DNA of 64,000 nt, taken from the IMG/VR virus record IMGVR_UViG_3300020375_000001, positions 96,001-160,000 of that record. One strand, given 5' to 3'. The notes below the pieces were generated by a model. It was not told the DNA's origin and made no database searches. It saw nothing but the letters and a program-made list of their open reading frames with translations. Positions 58,530-64,000 of the stretch are shown here, piece after piece; position 1 is the stretch's first letter; each line of letters opens with the position of its first letter. The DNA is from a virus. Taxonomy: Duplodnaviria > Caudoviricetes. The position numbers were made by a program, and so were the translations under genes.

Positions 58530-58781
58530 TTAAAAGATGGTGTAATTTAGTAGGAACTGTTCTTCGCTTAGTTGTTCATAAAAGCCGTGGTCGTTCCTAA
58601 TGATGATAAATCCCGAAGGGACGTACACGGTGGCGGTGCCATCTGGAATCCGCACACCGCCATCTGGACCTTTGGTAATTCTACCTTTACCCCAAGCGAT
58701 AATCTCTTCCTGCACTTCTGTATCGAACTCAACTTTACGGAACGATACAAGGTTAGCTTTTAAAGTAGCCTGCATTTTCAT
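58530..58781 (-). CDS. small phage protein
   Basis: 83 aa; GFIII...GFYEQLSEEQFLLNY pattern common in phages. Confidence 0.6.
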   Translation of the reverse strand: MKMQATLKANLVSFRKVEFDTEVQEEIIAWGKGRITKGPDGGVRIPDGTATVYVPSGFIIIRNDHGFYEQLSEEQFLLNYTIF

Positions 58782-59188
58782 TATTTAAGCTCCCGGTTAA
58801 CATTCCAACCAAATTTAATCTGCTTAGCTGGTATATCTTTAGTATAACCAAATGTACCAAAGCGATTAATGGAGTCCAACCAATTCCCCTTACCGGAGTC
58901 TTCGTCAGCTACCGCAAATTCAGGTAGTAGCCCACTAACTTCGAAGACATCAAAGTCCCCGAACTTTTTAAGGAACTCATGGTGCAAATTAACGTTACCG
59001 CTATGGGCAAGGTAAATGGCTTTCTTCTCAGGTGCAGGACCGTACCCAGATGGGTCAGTATCTAAACTTAACCCGTCCTTAAGTATGGATTCTCGATTCT
59101 TTCTAGGGCTATAGTGGTAGAAGACATCTTTCTTAAACTGTCGTTCTTCCTTAATGGCCTCTAGACCTTCGGCTAGTATGGGTCTCAT
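58781..59188 (-). CDS. ADP-ribosyltransferase-fold protein (Tpt1/PARP-like)
   Basis: FYHYSPRKNRESILKDGL...AIYLA...VFEV...YTKDIPAKQI. Confidence 0.6.
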   Translation of the reverse strand: MRPILAEGLEAIKEERQFKKDVFYHYSPRKNRESILKDGLSLDTDPSGYGPAPEKKAIYLAHSGNVNLHHEFLKKFGDFDVFEVSGLLPEFAVADEDSGKGNWLDSINRFGTFGYTKDIPAKQIKFGWNVNRELK

Positions 59189-60825
59189 TATTTCAATACC
59201 TTTTCTGAACCGAAAGTTAAACCACGTAACAACCAGTCGATAGTATCCGTACCAAACATCTGTAATCCACCACGAGGGTCGATGTAACCAGTAGGCTTAT
59301 CAAAATACTTGTGAATTTCACTTTCGGCATCATCTGACATCAGGAAGTTACAACTTACTGTATCACCATCGAAGTCAGCACCTAGACCTACGAGTCGGTT
59401 AGGGTTAACACCAATGGTATCGAAGAACGGAACATTGAAGCGCGGGAACTCGTAAGCAACGTGTTCATCGTCCATCGGTTCCCACTGGTCATCAAGTTCA
59501 CGTAAGATGTCACCTTCAACCGTAGTCTTTAAATAGACCGTCGAAGGATACGTTGAACCTAGGCCGGTAATTGGATATCGGGTAATGGTACACGTCAAAC
59601 GATTCCAGTGACGATACCCGGCGATGTACAGGAACTCAGCATACGTTACCGGGTGACACTTTTCTTTTTGGCTAGGTACCAATCGGTCAAACTCACCAGG
59701 GTTTAATAGACGGAAGTGTTGCTCGTCTTTAAAAATCAGAGCAAGATACTTACCTTCTACCAAGATAGGCTTATGGCGAATGGAAGCATTCCCGTAATAG
59801 TTGATGAACTTCTCGAGTCCTTCTACTGTGGTCCAGCGGTCCATGGTTTCCGTGGTAACATTAACCCAGACAGTTTTCTTTGTCTTGCGGTCTACCAATG
59901 GAACATTCGTACCGCCAGTAAATATTTTCGAGAGGTGTCCTTTAGATAACCATGAAGTAGTTAAAGGTAGAACCCCTTTCGCCGTTTGGTATAAACCCAC
60001 TACGGTGTCAGTGGAGTCGATACTACGTGGACTGTCCAAGTCGTCGGTACCAACATCCATGGAAGTGATTACGTTACGTGTACCGTTGAAGATACGACGT
60101 GAACCCCACTTAGCCTGAATGAAACCTTTCTTACCAGTGATAAACGTTTCAAGATGCTCGTAGATAGCATTGATGGCTAACTGGAGCGAGTAGCGCGAAC
60201 GGTCATAGACCGGGTCGTTATTGTTATTAACGTTCACGGCTATCGTATTGGCAACGGAGAGTACTTTACGATACATGTCGTTAATCTCATCTTCTTGGGT
60301 ATACCCGTCTTCTGAGACTTGTACTTCACGTAACCCAGCAGGCAACACTAACCATTTATTGGTGGTGGCCGTGTCACGATATTTTTCAATTACGCTAATC
60401 CGTAGATTACGCTGGTCAGACTCCGTCTTCTTAAAACGCAGGTCTTTAAAATGGGACATGAAGAAAGCGTAACCAGTTTCCCCCTCTACTTCGCTAGATG
60501 CAACGAAGTCTTTCTCACCAGCAACCCATTTGGCATATTTCTTACCGGCAAGGATTTCACCATACAGTCCTTTAATACGAACAAGGTGGCGATGGATTAA
60601 AGGGTGGAGTACTTGTACTTTCAAGTCGATGAAACTAAAACGGTTACTTCTTTCCGTGGTACCAGACGCACCGAAGATAGAAACAGAGTAGAGTCCATCT
60701 TCATGGAAGTTTGTAGTGCCGCCATCGTATATATCTGAAACCCTAACAGGTTTCATGGATGCAGTATTCTGACCCGTCAAGTTTAACAGTTGAACATTGA
60801 ACGGCATCTTGCCTATTGCTGTCAT
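59188..60825 (-). CDS. virion RNA polymerase beta' subunit with catalytic motif (phiKZ gp180-like)
   Basis: LGADFDGDTVS catalytic DxDGD; FHEDGLYSVSIFG, VLPAGLR, GKKGFIQ..WGSR, TRYP. Confidence 0.92.
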   Translation of the reverse strand: MTAIGKMPFNVQLLNLTGQNTASMKPVRVSDIYDGGTTNFHEDGLYSVSIFGASGTTERSNRFSFIDLKVQVLHPLIHRHLVRIKGLYGEILAGKKYAKWVAGEKDFVASSEVEGETGYAFFMSHFKDLRFKKTESDQRNLRISVIEKYRDTATTNKWLVLPAGLREVQVSEDGYTQEDEINDMYRKVLSVANTIAVNVNNNNDPVYDRSRYSLQLAINAIYEHLETFITGKKGFIQAKWGSRRIFNGTRNVITSMDVGTDDLDSPRSIDSTDTVVGLYQTAKGVLPLTTSWLSKGHLSKIFTGGTNVPLVDRKTKKTVWVNVTTETMDRWTTVEGLEKFINYYGNASIRHKPILVEGKYLALIFKDEQHFRLLNPGEFDRLVPSQKEKCHPVTYAEFLYIAGYRHWNRLTCTITRYPITGLGSTYPSTVYLKTTVEGDILRELDDQWEPMDDEHVAYEFPRFNVPFFDTIGVNPNRLVGLGADFDGDTVSCNFLMSDDAESEIHKYFDKPTGYIDPRGGLQMFGTDTIDWLLRGLTFGSEKVLK

Positions 60826-60899
60826 ATTGCTGTTCCTATGATTAGGTGGTCTTATTATAGGCGACCACAGTATTTTTTAAATTAGAAAAGGAGTCCGTT

Positions 60900-63800
60900 A
60901 TGTCCGACGATATAGACATCGATGATGACGGCTTTGATAGCTTTGATGATTTCGATGCTCCTGATTTCGACGGTGATGTCGGGGGCGGTAATGAATCCCG
61001 CACGCCGATTACGGCTGCAGCCAGTAGCTTCACTGAAGCGGCAACTAACGACTTAATGAGCGTTAATGCGGCTAAGCAGATAGCTCGTAAGGGATTACCC
61101 GAAGGCTATGGCGAGGCCATGGACCTCGTTGATGAGACTGCAGGCCGGGCTTCTGACCTATACGATAAAGCCGAGAAAAGGTTAGAACCTGCTATCAAAT
61201 CCACGAAACAGGCAACCCGTGGATTGCTTCCTAAGGCAGAGGGTATTCTTCCTAAAAAACTATACGAACGTATGGCTAAATGGTCGGAGGATGATGATAA
61301 CAGTGGTCCTCGAGTCAATGCCGATGAGGAATCTATTTCCACTGCACTAAGTAGTATCTTCACTACGCAGTTAGAACAACAGGAAGCCGACAAGCAAGAA
61401 CAAACCGTCCGTGACACATTAAAAGGTGAAGTGGAAGGGGAGCGACACGAGCAGAACATTGACAAGTTGAGTCTGATTCAAAAGTCGATGTCGCGCTTGG
61501 TTGGCTATCAAGATTCTGTTACTGCAGCGTACCAAAAGAAATCATTGGACCTACAGTTTCGTCATTACTTCGCAGCGCGTGATTTACTTAAATTACAAAC
61601 CGCAAGTAATGCTGATGTTATCACAGCCTTAAATGACATCAAAACAAACACAGGTTTACCTGACTGGATTAAAACCCAGACTAACGAAAACTTTAATGCA
61701 ATGCTCTCTCAACGGTTGATGGGTGGTACCGTTGATACTGTTAGTGACTACATGGGCAATTTCCGTGAGAACCTTTTTAAGGGTATTGAGACGAAAGTCA
61801 TGGGTACTGTGGGAGAGGTTGCTGACGGTATTCAGGAAATTACTGGCGGTATCAGTCAGATGAATGAAGCCCAAGCAATGATGGCGGATTTCGATGATGG
61901 ACCAACTAAAAGCGGGGCGGTGCAAGCTGCCGAGATGGCTGGTGGCATTGGTGGTAGTACGGTTGCTAATAAAATTATTAACTTTATTGGTAGGCGGATG
62001 CGTAAGGAAACTGGCGCAACTAAAGCCATTGCTGAAAAGGGTATTGAAGCATCTAACTTTGTCAGAGGCTTCGACGGTAGATTGAAGGAGTTTATAGATA
62101 CTGCGGATAGTCGCGATGGAATGCTAGGTGTAGCTGGACGCTTCTTACAGGACGTTGCACCTACAATGAATACTACGCCAAGTGTACTGCAAAATCTTTC
62201 TAAGGATGCTACAGCTTCGGTTGAGTGGGATTTATTGTCTCGCCGTACTTTGGTGGAAATCATTCCTGAGTATTTAGCACGCATTACTCAAAACACCGAA
62301 TCTATGGCAACGGGTAAAGCTGCTGAGAAGATGGTGTACAGTAAGCAATCTGAATCTTTCATGACAGAATCGGATGCTATTGCTGAAGCTACTGATAAGT
62401 TTGTGCGTCGTGATGAGATTACGGAATACCGTAGTCGTTCTGATGAGTTACTGAATAGACTGTTTAGTGGTGCACGTATTTCACCTGAAGCCCGTATGGC
62501 AATGTCTGAACAGTTACACACCGACCTGAGTCGTGGTTGGAACTTTGATGTACGTCGCTATGTAAACGCCGATGCCTTTGAATCACACCTAGACCCTGAT
62601 GCTGTTGCTGAACTACGTGACTTTTTCCGCGATAAGTTTAAAGCGAAAGAGAAGGTCGTTGACGGTAAGAGTAGTTGGGATTTTGAGTACGGTGAGCAAA
62701 CCGGTAAGTTACTTGGTAGCTTGCAGAATCAGGGTAAGAATCTTCAAAATCGAATCCCTGAAATGCAAAGTAGTATCAATGAGTTCGTTGCCACTGGCGA
62801 TAAAGATTTGTTGCGCGCTACGGGGTGGATTGACTCTACCTCAGGTAGAGACCAGTTTAACTTACAGCGCATGAATAACCTGATGACCGGTCGTCTTGAA
62901 TTAGATGACTTACAGTCGGAATGGGAACGTGACCGCTTGAAAGAGGAACGGGGTGCTGAGAAAACCAAGTGGCAAGAGCGCGACCGTGGACAATGGGTAG
63001 TTGACGATAACAGTACTGTGGAACCTGTTAAGAGCGAGCGGGCTGAGAAATCTAACCTACCACCTGTCATGAGCAGTGAAGACCGTAGTATTATCTCTGG
63101 TCTGAATGCAATGATGGGGCAGTTAAGTACTACCAGTAAAGCAAGCCTTGACCGTTTAGCGGAAATGGCTACTAACAATGTAGAAGCTTCTGAATTCAAC
63201 AGTCAACAGGTACAAATCCTGACTGAGATTCGTGACCTACTGATTGCACAGCAGATGACTGGCTTGTCCAGTGAAGACGCAGCAATGGGTGCGGAGCTAT
63301 TGAAGAAGTTTACTGCGGCGGCTAACTGGGAACAACCTAAATGGTACAATACCCTTACTAGTGGCATTGTCGATGGTGCTAAAGCTGGCGCGGGGATGTT
63401 AAGTAGTTACTACGGTGCACTTGGTAATGCTGCGTCATCCACTGTCGGTTTCTTGAAAGAGAAGGGTACTGCAGCTTGGGGTAAAATCCAAGAAAAAGGT
63501 GCCGCACTGTCAGATGTCTACATAAACGGTATGCAAATGCCTGCACTGCGTGCACAGCTTATAAAGGCTGGTCGCTATGTGGACTCGCAGACGGGGAAGG
63601 TAATTACTAGCTTAGACGATATCAGTGGCGAGGTCATTGATAAAGTAACCGGCAATGTAGTTATCTCAGCTGAGGATTATCGTGGGGGTCTATTTGATAA
63701 CCGTGGCAATACCCTGTTCGCTAAACTAGGTGCAGGAGCTCAGAAGTTAATCTCTGGCGGAATGGAAGCTCTGGGTAGCTACTATGGCTTTTTAGGTAAC

Positions 63801-64000
63801 ACTGCTGGTAATGTACTCACATGGGGCAAGGAGAAGATTACGGACCTTGACCGTAAACTAAGAACTGAGAGTGACGTATACGTTAAGAACCGTATGGGCG
63901 ATGGTCCTGCATTATTACGTACTAAGTTGTTGCGTGGTGCATACTTCGATATTGAAGGTAATCCTATCTTCTCTGTCGGGGACATTACGGGACCAGTCTT
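60900..64000 (+). CDS. giant tail protein (phiKZ gp181-like tape measure/tail lysin), N-terminal >1030 aa; missing from ORF track
   Basis: AAGGAG SD + ATG at 60900; frame checked as open at the start and at the window end only; acidic N-terminus; repeated DVY..G...L....G.Y.D...G..I....DI.G.V units; divergent from vRNAP beta' as in phiKZ. Confidence 0.8.
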   Translation, partial: MSDDIDIDDDGFDSFDDFDAPDFDGDVGGGNESRTPITAAASSFTEAATNDLMSVNAAKQIARKGLPEGYGEAMDLVDETAGRASDLYDKAEKRLEPAIKSTKQATRGLLPKAEGILPKKLYERMAKWSEDDDNSGPRVNADEESISTALSSIFTTQLEQQEADKQEQTVRDTLKGEVEGERHEQNIDKLSLIQKSMSRLVGYQDSVTAAYQKKSLDLQFRHYFAARDLLKLQTASNADVITALNDIKTNTGLPDWIKTQTNENFNAMLSQRLMGGTVDTVSDYMGNFRENLFKGIETKVMGTVGEVADGIQEITGGISQMNEAQAMMADFDDGPTKSGAVQAAEMAGGIGGSTVANKIINFIGRRMRKETGATKAIAEKGIEASNFVRGFDGRLKEFIDTADSRDGMLGVAGRFLQDVAPTMNTTPSVLQNLSKDATASVEWDLLSRRTLVEIIPEYLARITQNTESMATGKAAEKMVYSKQSESFMTESDAIAEATDKFVRRDEITEYRSRSDELLNRLFSGARISPEARMAMSEQLHTDLSRGWNFDVRRYVNADAFESHLDPDAVAELRDFFRDKFKAKEKVVDGKSSWDFEYGEQTGKLLGSLQNQGKNLQNRIPEMQSSINEFVATGDKDLLRATGWIDSTSGRDQFNLQRMNNLMTGRLELDDLQSEWERDRLKEERGAEKTKWQERDRGQWVVDDNSTVEPVKSERAEKSNLPPVMSSEDRSIISGLNAMMGQLSTTSKASLDRLAEMATNNVEASEFNSQQVQILTEIRDLLIAQQMTGLSSEDAAMGAELLKKFTAAANWEQPKWYNTLTSGIVDGAKAGAGMLSSYYGALGNAASSTVGFLKEKGTAAWGKIQEKGAALSDVYINGMQMPALRAQLIKAGRYVDSQTGKVITSLDDISGEVIDKVTGNVVISAEDYRGGLFDNRGNTLFAKLGAGAQKLISGGMEALGSYYGFLGNTAGNVLTWGKEKITDLDRKLRTESDVYVKNRMGDGPALLRTKLLRGAYFDIEGNPIFSVGDITGPV

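Noticed and set aside
60900-60990. DFDGD in the N-terminus of the gp181-like protein as an RNAP catalytic motif
   Set aside because: It lies in a D/F/G low-complexity stretch with no surrounding RNAP context; the true motif is in 59188-60825.
60842-63985. Short minus-strand ORFs in the track over this region
   Set aside because: They are antisense shadows of the long plus-strand gp181-like ORF; the same applies to most nested 60-150 aa ORFs elsewhere.
1-64000. CRISPR array, tubulin (PhuZ) or nuclear shell gene
   Set aside because: No regularly spaced repeats and no recognisable motifs in this window; nucleus formation is inferred only from lineage.

Overview
A 64 kb segment of a phiKZ-like (nucleus-forming-type) jumbo myophage genome. 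Most genes are on the minus strand. The host is inferred to be a marine gammaproteobacterium such as Vibrio, based on a Vibrio-style lipoprotein. Core blocks are recognisable from motifs and recalled phiKZ synteny: large terminase, three baseplate/virion genes, tail sheath and tube (32-45.5 kb), then prohead protease, split virion RNA polymerase subunits and the start of a gp181-like giant tail protein (49.8-64 kb; this last ORF is missing from the supplied track because it runs off the end). The vRNAP beta gene is interrupted by a group I intron (55563-57103). Its P1 pairing, P3, P7 and P/R/S elements can be read directly, and a zinc-repeat homing endonuclease sits inside the P1 loop. The 1-31 kb accessory region holds nucleotide metabolism genes (thyA, a Zn-ribbon-DHFR fusion, dCMP deaminase, a QueC-like enzyme), envelope-targeted proteins, a tail-fibre-like cassette and several apparently catalytically dead enzyme paralogs. 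The strongest candidate for a new system is a dispersed Kdo glycosylation pathway: KpsF/KdsD and KpsU/KdsB plus a KpsS/KpsC-like CMP-sugar transferase co-transcribed with a GT8. This mirrors the Kdo subset of the group 2 capsule kps locus. All family calls come from visual motif recognition; no database searches were run.
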